From Hormiphora californensis (Eukaryota; Animalia; Ctenophora), in NCBI GenBank assembly GCA_020137815.1, contig CM035357.1:2232001-2296000 (forward strand): a stretch of DNA of 64,000 bases, in the 5' to 3' direction. The position numbers and the translations under genes were made by a program. The notes beneath the pieces are model-generated. The model saw nothing but the letters and a program-made list of their open reading frames with translations. It was not told the DNA's origin and did not search any database. Positions 50,561-61,038 of this stretch are shown here, one piece after another (the first letter of the stretch is position 1; every line of letters begins with the position of its first letter).

Positions 50561-50921
50561 TATAACTGGGTAGCGGGTTGATCTACATCATACCTTCCTA
50601 GAGATAGGAAAGAGGGGTGGTGAGTTGGGACTTGGGAGACAGAGCGAGGGGTGTCGTGACGGAGCATGGAGGGGGTAAGATTTCGGGTTTCACAAAAATA
50701 ATATAGCGACAGAATGGAGCGAGGAAATACAGAGATCAAAGGGAAAAGTCACAACTCAAGTATTTTACTGAGTAGGGGGAGGAGATTGGGCACAAGAAAT
50801 AATATGACGAAGTGAGGTGAATAATTCCGCCATACGGTAACGAAGGTGGCCTTTCATCTCTCCACGAGTTGCGACGTGCCGGAGAGAGCAAAATCTCTCG
50901 CTCTCAGAGAGTCTCTTATCC

Positions 50922-50974
<53 letters not shown>

Positions 50975-50981
50975 CTCTCTC

Positions 50982-51022
<41 letters not shown>

Positions 51023-51216
51023 TCTCTATCTCTCTCTATCTCTCTCTCCTATTTTCCCCTTTTCTATTTCTCTCCATTCTTTGTCCTTCCCTCCCTATGT
51101 CTTTTCGCAATTATGAATCACAAGGTCACGACAATATAAAATATCGAGTTACTTGCATAATATCACTGCCGATTTACTCTCTCCCACCCACTTACTGTCT
51201 CCCATTCAATGTCTCC

Positions 51217-51254
<38 letters not shown>

Positions 51255-51614
51255 CCCCCCACGAACTGCACCTGTGTAACAGATCATTAATCTACTGTGA
51301 GATTACCAACACACCAATACAATTATCAAATATCACAAAGGAATTGATTCACAAATCTCAGTGCTATAATTTCTCACAGGTCAACTAAAGTTGGCATACT
51401 CCCAAATCTAGCACACTCTCTCTTCCTCCGCGACACTTTATAATATTACTTCTCTGTCCGTCGCTAAGTGCAACTCCATCAATTGTCTAGGAGAGTTCAG
51501 AGTGGCTCTTCTCTCTCTTTTTCTCTCTAAAATGTCTGAGCCGGTGCTCCCACTGTGTACTCCAGCCCCCCCCCCCCAGATTGGACGTGCTATTTCCTGG
51601 ATACTTCCAGGGTA

Positions 51615-51710
51615 CTAGCCAATGAGCGCCGCTAATCGCTATCACGTGATCAAAACCGGCCAATCAGAGAGCTCTTATTGAGTCACGGGACGCTTTCATG
51701 ATCCAATCAA
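51615..51710. promoter_or_regulatory. Cluster of three CCAAT boxes and a CACGTG E-box about 1 kb upstream of the MAGI ATG; may instead be an interspersed repeat
   Basis: AGCCAATGAG, ATCACGTGAT, GGCCAATCAG and TCCAATCAA within 100 bp. Confidence 0.35.
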
Positions 51711-52147
51711 AACAGAGAAGTGCTGAATACACATTGTGTATCTTATAGTGCCGATCTGCGAAGTAGTAGTATGTGTAAAAACAGGAATCGCGACAGTTAT
51801 CAGTTTTTCGGCATGCAGAATATTATTCAGAATAATTCACATGAGGTCGCGAAATTGAAATTTTTAGGGCAGGATGGAGAGAGAAACAGATAGAGCGAGA
51901 GAGGAAAGAAGGACATACGGACTATAACAGCATAACAGACAAATATGAACCCTCATCCAGTTATCTCACTCTCTCTATCTCTCTATCTCTCTATCCCACT
52001 CTCTCTCTAATTATTCATTTCAAGTTTTCGCTTGGAAGTTACAGTCAGAGTTATCATAAGGACTCGAAATGGAATATTATATGCGTACACACGTATCACA
52101 CCTTCCTCCCTAGTGACACATTCTAGGGTGAGAGAGAGAGAGAAAGT

Positions 52148-52210
<63 letters not shown>

Positions 52211-52760
52211 AGGAATTTGGGCAGAGTTTCAAGCTGCATATGAGAATTGTGACTAGCTCAAGTGTTACATGCAACTTGCTATCTAAAGTCCTTCTTTACC
52301 TTCCAAGATATCTCTCTCTTTCTCTATTGACTCTTATATTCCTCTTTCTCTCTCTCTCTCTCTCTCTCCCTTTATCTCAACCTCTCTCTCTCTCCTCTTC
52401 TCTCTCTCTACTTCTAGATATTTCATTGTTCCTGCAATCCCAGAAACAAACAACAAAGGATGTGATGAACATGAAATATGGAATCAAGAAGACTTTGTAA
52501 ACGGCTGGGGAGGGGGGAATAAAACACAGATACTCTCTGATAATAAAGTTAAGTTTGTAATAAAATAAATAGCTTACTTATATAACATATTTATACACGT
52601 ACTATACAACTTATCATGTCACATCAATCATTATTCAATAAAAATGCCATCCAGCAGCTGTCATCAGATTGTCATCACCCCGTCACATTCCACATTTTTT
52701 TCTACCTTCATCCTCCATCCTTTCTCCCGGAATTATCTTTCTTCACAATTCCTCTCAGCT

Positions 52761-54320
52761 CTACTCTTCTGGATGTCCTAGTTCATTGTAAAGAATAGCA
52801 CCACTCACGACAGCGAACACCCCGATTATCACCAACAAAATCTGAATCGGCACCGAATACTGTGGTAACCCCCCTCCAATCCTACTCAACAAATTCCCCT
52901 CTTTTCCATCACCCTTATTAGCATTCTCCCACCTAACCATCAGATAAAAATCCATCTTTCCTCCTAGTAATCCCTGAGTTTGGAGCTCCACCAAGTTTGT
53001 ACTACTAACAGACACACCCACCGACTCAACATCCATTTCCGGGTGAACCCTGCTGCCTGTGTGCCGGTGTCGCACCGTTACAATAACAGTCTGCGGGACA
53101 GAGGAACAGGAGGTTATGGTGGCAATCTGCCAAGGAATCTCCAGCCATTCAGTTTCGGTAGCAGGGTCAGAGTTGGAGAATTTGGAAATAAAGGCAGGGA
53201 GAGAGGAAAAGACGGTGAAATCTGTTGTGCAATTGGTAGTTGATTCAATTGTGGTTGAAACTGGTTTGGAGCAACTTGCAATTATTGTGTTACCAAACGA
53301 CACAGCCCCAGTGTTTGGGGTACAACCTGCGACACCAGAAAACGGGGTAAAAGATGAAATGGTAGAATCTGAGTCCTTGAATTTTACCTCCTCTCCAACC
53401 CTATATCTCTCATATCGTGGAGGTGAGTTAGGGTAAACTTTCGAGTTGGAAATAAAGCTAACAACACTCTCCAGTGGAGCTGAGTTTCCAATCGTAATGG
53501 TTTTGAGAGTCATCTCAAGGTCAGCACTCATTAGTCCCATACTGTTGTGAGTTATTGTCAGACTCATCTTACTCATCACATTTTCACAACTCCCACTATT
53601 CTCACTAGGTGCTGTACAGGGTGTCTCACTGCCAACAGTATCCAAACATTTCACAGTTACCGTGACATTATCGGTTTCGGATTCCCGTTGGTTGACAAGG
53701 AGGGAGATGCCGGTATCATATTGGGTTGAGTCTGCATTCTGTCCTGTTGTACAGATACCGGACGTGATTGTTCGGGTGCATGTTGCAGATGTATTTCGGA
53801 GATAAAGTACTGAATTGTGAACACATGTTCCGCCGGAAAGGGTTGCCGGAAGGAGGAGGGAACGTTTGTAGTTTGATGAAACGTAGTATATCGGGTCTTC
53901 AGCTAGTAGTCGGGATGTCTCATTATCACTGTTCGAATAGTTGAATGAGTTTACAATAAACGCAGTATTTTGATCGGTGTCACTTGAAACCATGTTGCTG
54001 TCATCTTGGTTAAAGTTGACAGTAGAAGTTGATTCTGTAGATGTGGAGGGCATCTGAAAACAGTAATCTGATCCGTTTGTGGTGTAGATTAATCCGTCCC
54101 GAGACGATATTTGGCTGAAAACCGCACTACTGATGCATTTTTCAGTTACAGTTTCTGTAGTAGTGGAAGAACTCTGGCAATCAAAAAGAGTTTTCTCCGT
54201 TGTAGAACAGTCTGGATCGCAACAGCACAGTAAATCGCACCCCGAGGAGTCGTCACACGGACAGAATGAAGCCGTTACGATGAGGAGATAGTATAGGATC
54301 CATATTGAGTGTGATAACAT
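52761..54320 (-). CDS. TCTN: Tectonic family ciliary transition-zone protein, intronless CDS
   Basis: Signal peptide followed by CPCDDSSGCDLLCCCDPDCS (tectonic signature), SVLYLRNTSATCTR, AVSFGNTIIASC and a C-terminal hydrophobic segment. Confidence 0.88.
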   Translation of the reverse strand: MLSHSIWILYYLLIVTASFCPCDDSSGCDLLCCCDPDCSTTEKTLFDCQSSSTTTETVTEKCISSAVFSQISSRDGLIYTTNGSDYCFQMPSTSTESTSTVNFNQDDSNMVSSDTDQNTAFIVNSFNYSNSDNETSRLLAEDPIYYVSSNYKRSLLLPATLSGGTCVHNSVLYLRNTSATCTRTITSGICTTGQNADSTQYDTGISLLVNQRESETDNVTVTVKCLDTVGSETPCTAPSENSGSCENVMSKMSLTITHNSMGLMSADLEMTLKTITIGNSAPLESVVSFISNSKVYPNSPPRYERYRVGEEVKFKDSDSTISSFTPFSGVAGCTPNTGAVSFGNTIIASCSKPVSTTIESTTNCTTDFTVFSSLPAFISKFSNSDPATETEWLEIPWQIATITSCSSVPQTVIVTVRHRHTGSRVHPEMDVESVGVSVSSTNLVELQTQGLLGGKMDFYLMVRWENANKGDGKEGNLLSRIGGGLPQYSVPIQILLVIIGVFAVVSGAILYNELGHPEE

Positions 54321-54812
54321 TCTCAGATTGCCTAAAATTGTGTGTTTTTGAAGGTTTTCGGGAAAGAAAAATTTTAAAAGCCAAAAAGTTTTAAATTTTG
54401 TGTCAGGAAAATTGCGCGGCGCTAAATGCAGTTAAAAATAATTTTAATTAGCGCGCTCCGTTATTTCTCGCGCAGATCGTTCAAAATCATGATCATGATC
54501 TGTATCTGATCAAAAAGTTTATTTGTTGAGTCGCTTTTTTTAAATCAAAAGTTTTCAGATTTTTTAATTTGCCTGTTGCCAAAGAGTTACAAACTTGTAC
54601 AAACAGTTGTCTGCAGTCTGTTTTACGTCAATCTGACACATAAAAAAAGTTTAAGATTAATGCCATGGCATTCTTTTTAGGATTTCAACGGAAAACTGGC
54701 TCCGATCGCCGATCAGTTCTATCGCCAACTGCCAAGCATGCTGGTAGTGTGTATTTTATTCATATAATTTATTCTGAACGATTTCTAAAATTAGCCCGGT
54801 TTCAGGCGAAGC
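54321..54812. promoter_or_regulatory. Putative bidirectional promoter between tectonic and the 584-aa ORF
   Basis: 492-bp head-to-head spacer, A/T-tract rich with a small CpG/GCGC patch (54415-54475). Confidence 0.55.
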
Positions 54813-56567
54813 ATGGCTTGCGCCGAGGCGCCAAAGTTTGATAAAAGTGAAGCATCAAGATCCGAGAAACGCTACATCCTACCAAGTTTTCCCGATGATT
54901 CACTGAAACCCGTCCGACCATGGAGAAGATCAATGATCGACGGTTTACGGCGCTTATCTTCATATTTTTCCGAAAGTTCCTACAGTGTCAGTGATGATGA
55001 TGATGATGAAGACGGTGATAATAGAACACGGGTTTATAACCGTGCAATGGCCACTATATCTCTCGTTCCCGATCCAGATATTTCAGTTCAGGATGCAATT
55101 ATTACCCTCGAGGAGAGCTTACAAAATAAAATCGAGTTGATTGAATGTTTGAGCCTGTACGATTCAGAACATCCCCGGGAACCTGTCGTACAGTTCAGAG
55201 AGACACCACAACAACATTTGTATGAACTTAGCGATAGTCTTATAACCGATGACTCCATGAGCCCAACAGGTTTTGTTGTACCTGAGTATACCCCTGCACT
55301 ACCTGGGTTAATGGGTTTACAAAATTATATCGATGAAATGCCCCGGGACATTGTTCGTAAAAATAAACCACCTGGACTCAAACTTTCGTCTTCTGAAATA
55401 CTTTCAAAGCAACCGAAATCAAGTCCGGCAACTAATATTCTGAGCACTCGGCAGCGGTTTTTGTCTGATTTGGAGGACAGTGACTTCAGCTGGAGCTCTG
55501 ATGATGGATTGAAGGATGGAAGGGTTTTGGAAAAGAGGGGAGTTATCATCAAGGAATCTCGAGATGAGGAAGTGTATTTGAAGAGGAGAGATTTTAAGGA
55601 AGACTTCAAGGAATTAGATAGAATGGAGCTGCAAGGTGGTTTCAACGAATACAGCGGAATTGTGTTACAAGGTGGTAATATCAGTTCAGAAACGGAACCC
55701 CCTAAACTAGATTTGAAGAAGAGAGATTCTAACGTAGTAAGATGTGATCCTGGTCCTTCTGAACAGTTTGGCGGTGGTTTAGGCTCCAAAATTAGACGGG
55801 ACAGTCTTATGGAGATCGTGAAAAGAACTCCGGTTCGCTCAGGAAAGACGCATTCTATTAAAATTTGGGAGGGTGCGGAATCGGAATCAGAGGGAGAGGA
55901 AGAAGAAGAGGAAGAGGAAGAAGAGGAAGAAGAAGAAGAGGAAGAGGAAGAAGAGTGGGAGGGGGACGAAGAAGAAGAAGAAGAAGAAGAGAACGAATAT
56001 ATTTTAAGTGAGGTGTCACCACCCAGTGAAGATGAAGAACACTCTGAGAGTGATTTAGGAAGGATTCAGTCCGATTCCCCTGATTTGATCGATATCTCGC
56101 CCGTTCTTGACACGTTACTGGACTATGAAAACTCCATGAAAGGAATCCTCAAAAAGAGGACAGCATTCCGGATGTCGGCCCCATCGGCATTTTACTCAGA
56201 AAGCCACATTGGTGCCGTTGCCCCTCAAAATATCATGGCACCTGATGATCGAGCATACCACAGTCACGATTCGTTTGTTCGAAAGATCAAACCACGACCC
56301 TCTAGAGTTTCCCTTCCCTCTACACTCTCTAAACTCCAACATACGCTCAAAGCGAACCGAGCATTCCTGAACTCAATCAAACAAACCAAGGATGCGAAGA
56401 ACGATGCTGTGAATAATGCCCTTATTGCATGTCTGACAATGAACGCTAAGAAATATGACCGAGAGATTCGGCAAAAGACAGTAGATATAGTGTTTAGGTA
56501 TCTTGGATTCGGACTTGTATTCTCATTCGTCGGATTTACCATTACTCGAGTTTTTAGAAGACTTTAG
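54813..56567 (+). CDS. Uncharacterised 584-aa acidic, largely disordered protein with a single C-terminal TM segment (tail-anchored-like), intronless CDS
   Basis: Uninterrupted 1.75-kb ORF, acceptor TTTCAG 7 nt before the ATG, poly-Glu tract, C-terminal YLGFGLVFSFVGFTIT followed by RVFRRL*. Confidence 0.75.
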   Translation: MACAEAPKFDKSEASRSEKRYILPSFPDDSLKPVRPWRRSMIDGLRRLSSYFSESSYSVSDDDDDEDGDNRTRVYNRAMATISLVPDPDISVQDAIITLEESLQNKIELIECLSLYDSEHPREPVVQFRETPQQHLYELSDSLITDDSMSPTGFVVPEYTPALPGLMGLQNYIDEMPRDIVRKNKPPGLKLSSSEILSKQPKSSPATNILSTRQRFLSDLEDSDFSWSSDDGLKDGRVLEKRGVIIKESRDEEVYLKRRDFKEDFKELDRMELQGGFNEYSGIVLQGGNISSETEPPKLDLKKRDSNVVRCDPGPSEQFGGGLGSKIRRDSLMEIVKRTPVRSGKTHSIKIWEGAESESEGEEEEEEEEEEEEEEEEEEEEWEGDEEEEEEEENEYILSEVSPPSEDEEHSESDLGRIQSDSPDLIDISPVLDTLLDYENSMKGILKKRTAFRMSAPSAFYSESHIGAVAPQNIMAPDDRAYHSHDSFVRKIKPRPSRVSLPSTLSKLQHTLKANRAFLNSIKQTKDAKNDAVNNALIACLTMNAKKYDREIRQKTVDIVFRYLGFGLVFSFVGFTITRVFRRL

Positions 56568-56915
56568 GACAATCTTTAGTGTATCTGATTTAGTTTGACC
56601 TGAATATGAAATAGGAGACTAGTAAAATTTGTAGCTTCTTTTTAAACCTCCCGATGGTTGTTCAACAATTAAGTTTTAGAATATGATTTTTAGTTTTTTT
56701 ATAACCGTTTGACAAATGCATGTCTGTGTTCTCTGTATGTTTTAAACTTTCAATGTAAATGTTATTACAAGGTATCCTTGTTTTTTAAGAAAATGTTTTT
56801 TTTCTGTTAACTGTCATCGTTTCTCTCCCAAATATATTCCAATGTACCATGTATACCTTCTTACCCCCCCCCCCCCGATAATCCTCTCCCAATCTCCCTC
56901 TTTCTCTAGGCCACC

Positions 56916-58098
56916 ATGGATATATGTCGCCTTCCTCCATAACAAGCTCGATTCAGCCGACCAAGTGGAGCGGGGAGAACATCGTCTCCTCCCTAACTCC
57001 AGAATTCTGTGCCAGTATTAAAACTTGCTACCACTCCCTCGAGCCTCAGGTGAAGATCAAACTCCTCCTGGCCATCCTCCACATGCCCCAGAAAATGATG
57101 GAAAATGCGTCAACCGAGCTACAGGAGATCTTCGCCCTAGCAGATAATGATACCGATGAGTGGCCACGTGTTATCTCCAAAATGCTCAAGGATTTTCCGC
57201 GGGAGGGTGTGGTTAAGACTGATCCTGTCCGATGAAAACTGGTGCGATGCAGTCAAGAATATCTCTTCAATGCTAGCGGAATCTGCTAGTGCCGAACCTC
57301 CGACCCTTGGAGCGGTTATACATGAGTGGGGCATCCAATAAATCTATCACGACACAGCAGCATTTCAAATTTAGTGCACGGCACAAAAGCACCGCTGCCA
57401 GAGCGGAGCTGATTGCAAAGGGTCGAGAGATGCAGGAGCAGAAACGAAGGGAGGAGGAAGCTAAAAGGGACGACGGAGGCATACCGCAGTACAGGGGCCA
57501 AACCACAGCTGTACCAACACCAGCCGCCAGGAAACCTGTCTCCAGTCTCCAAGCGGCGTTCAAAGCACGTGAGAAAAGTGGTGTTAAGATCTTAGAGATG
57601 GACGAAGCGCCGATTCCAGAACCAAGAAAAAGAGCCAGGAAGGCTGTGGATAGAACCCGTTCCCAGGATGATGGACCGGCAGATGGAGATTTATCTTTCC
57701 AAGAATTTGGAAAATATCCCAACCCCCCAGAAACACCGGGTGGTGCAGATTTCTCGTATGTCCCCCCTCCTACACCCTCCCTTTTCTCTCCTACCGGGGT
57801 GGATGTCATCAACAACACTTATCTAGACCCGGAAACCCTGCGGTCCCTCCACAGTATCCTTGAAAAGAGTAACCAGCTTCAGGAGACAGAACAAGCCATT
57901 ATTGTTAACTTTCTGAAAGGAAACAGACAGAATCCTCAGCCTGAAAAGGGCAATGCAGTGACGATCTTGTTGAATAGTGAGATTGAGAGGGACGCTGAGG
58001 GTGGGAGAGCACAGCTAGTCGAGATTCTGTTTGAGATGAACTATGAGACAGGGAGGTGGAGACGGTTGAAGAGACAATCACCCTACCATCTTGGGTGA
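56916..58098 (+). CDS. NELFA: Negative elongation factor A, intronless CDS, reading frame broken by four apparent +1 insertions in this assembly
   Basis: Joined frames read MD-YVAFLHNKLDSAD-KWSGENIVSSLT..CYHSLEPQVKIKLLLAILHMP..DTDEWPRVISKMLKDFP..-LRPLERLYM..HFKFSARHKSTAARAELI, and the C-terminus reads IVNFLKGNRQNP..FEMNYETGRWRRLK. Both match NELF-A conserved blocks. Perfect GCCACCATGG start context. Confidence 0.88.
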
Positions 58099-58531
58099 AC
58101 TCCTGCAGTGGGTGAACACTTCTTCGGACATAATTCTATCTCATCAATCCATCAAGTTGTAATTCGTTCGGCCATCTATTTCTACAATCTACAATGGTCA
58201 CAGATTTGGAAAATCCTAAACTAGATAACTGTTCGGCAGCTATGTAACACATTTTACCACATGTATTCTTTTAAAGTACACAATTTTTACTCAACTCACT
58301 GTTTCTAACTGCTCCCTCACCAAACAATCAAACTCTGATATAGCGTTCCCTTGCTCGGCCCCCTCATGTATCCTCCCTAGTCCCTGTGTCCCGTGTAAAA
58401 ACAACTTCCTTATCCCTCTCTTAGCTGGGTCTAACAGTACCACATTTAAGTCCCGTCCCTAATAGCTCAGTAGTCAGTACTAGCTAAATCATATCTGACT
58501 CTGATACATATATAGTTTAGCAGCTGGAAGA

Positions 58532-60939
58532 ATGCCAGATGTAGCTCCTGCAGCCCCGGCTGTACCCCCAGCAGCTGGTGGGGAGGAACAACCTGCCGAA
58601 CAGCAAAACACCTGGAAAAGTATCATTTGGAGGTTAGTATATTTTCATTGTTCTTTTAGAAATAGAAATCTAAATCCACCTTCTATTCTCTTCAACTAAT
58701 TTGTGCTTTATACCTACAATCCCTTTTTCCTATAATCCACTCCACCTCTATCTCTGTCTGGTTTAATAACTCGTCGTTACATTCCCCAGATTTGCCACCA
58801 TGTACTTCATGATGAGCGTACTACCAGGTCTCCTCAAGGGAGGGGGTAACACCTCCACTGCACCGGCAGCTGGTGGGGCTGGTGGGAAGTTGGCTCCCGG
58901 CCAGGCGTCTAACATGTGGCCCACAGGCACAGAGTTTGTAAGTTAATTAATGTATGTGGCCCATAGGCACAGAATTTGTAAGTTAACTTGTGGCCTATTT
59001 GTACAGAATTTATAAGTTAACTTGGCCCACAGGCACAGAATTTGTAAGTTAATTAATGTATGTGGCCCATAGGCACAGAATTTGTAAGTTAACTTGTGGC
59101 CCACAGGCACAGAATTTGTAAGTTCACTTGTAACAAGTGACTTGTGTAAGTTTAAATGATGCACTTGTTTGATAAGTAGTATTATATTCTAAAACACGGT
59201 AACTCATGTCCCTCTTACACATCCCATTTTAACAATGTTCCCTCCCTTAGGAACTGTTTCTCTATGCTAGTCCCGATAATGAATTCTCCCTCTCCAACTC
59301 CTCCCTTATCCATGCCTTTTCTGGTCTGAAGATGGGGGAATGGTATGATGGTCCTGAGAAGAACGGAGCAAGGACTTACCAGTCTCACATTCCTGCAACA
59401 CCGGTTTGTAATGAATTGTTATGACTTTCAATAACTTTGTTTATTTTTTTTTCTTCATTTTTCTACTCCTTCCCTTTCTTTTTCTAAACTTATTAGGTCA
59501 TTCGGTAAATATCTGGACAGGTATGTTTGTGAGAGAACGGAGCTAGATAGAGCCAAGCGACCTATTCCAGCGTCTTCCTTGGACATTTTTAGGTTGGACA
59601 AGGATGGTGGGAACCTTCGCCTGCTGGCAGTATTGCCTCACGAGCAATATGTTTCAATGCTACTCTAGCTGCCGCTTTATGCTAACTCTTCACTCAATTT
59701 TGGACCAATATGACCTACTTCCGGATCATTCGGAAAGTTTTTAACCCTATATATTGCTTATTAAATGCCTCGAGATACTCCATAAACGTTCCTGAAATTT
59801 TTGGATAAAATTTCTAGCATGGGGAAGCGATTTTCGCTAGATTTGGTAAAGCTGAATTTTAATTTTTTTACAAATGTTGAAAAAAGCCGCCATGAGCCAG
59901 GTACCCATTGACCGATCGTAATAAAACTAACATAGGACCTTGAAAATTGTATAAGCTAACATTTAACGGTGGATTCAAGTCATTTAGACGTTTAGAACGT
60001 ACAAAAACGGCCATGAAGTGCGCAAGGAGCAATTTTGGCAAAAATCCAATTTTTAAGGATGAAGATGGAATCTAAACGCTTCAATTATGGTTGCATCATC
60101 TTCAGGCTAAAAAGGTGATCTAGGAACACTGGTCAAACCTATCATCTGTCCCCAATAGAGAAAATGCCATGACATATTCAATCATCCGTAGTGCCACAGT
60201 TTTTTCTTGCATAAAGCGGCAGCAAGAGTAGCATTGAAACATATTGCTCGTGAGGCAATACTGCCAGCAGGCGAAGGTTCCCACCATCCTAGTCCAACCT
60301 AAAAATGTCCAAGGAAGACGCTGGAACAGGTCGCTTGGATCTATCTAGCTCCGTTCTTTCACAAACATACCTGTCCAGATATTTACCGAATGACCTAATA
60401 TATCTCGCTAACACTAGCTCAGTATTATCTTACTTTCACTTTCTAGAGAAAATGAGAACTGGAGGGATTTCATAAACACATTTGATATAAATTCTTCCTT
60501 TTTATTTTATCTCGATACCGGTCTCTGAGCTATTTTCAATATAAAGATTGCATTACATTATGCCATATTTGGTAAAATGAATAAAATGGGTTTCATAAAG
60601 GACAAACTGTCAAGAAGAGAACCCCCTGGTTATGAATCATTCTATTTGACACAGTTATATGATCAAACCGCATTGTGAATAATGAGATATACAGCCTCCA
60701 CCATCTCATCCAGACCGCATTTTATTTTGCGCTCTGTGAGGGTTCGGTAGATCATACTTTAATGTACTACCCATGATAACGAGACTTCGGTAGCTTGATT
60801 AATGACAGTGAACGGTGTCTCTTGAGGCATTGCTTGATGGAAACGGGCAGTGTGTGGGTGTAGAGAGAAATGTACCTTTACTAATTGGATGAAAAAGGGC
60901 GAGGACATCTGTTCATCTCTCTTTTCTCTCTCTCTCTCA

Positions 60940-61038
<99 letters not shown>

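Noticed and set aside
55325-57818. Antisense ORFs over the orphan and NELFA (and similar shadows over SLC22, GNL3 and tectonic)
   Set aside because: Shadow frames of real coding sequence with no independent support.
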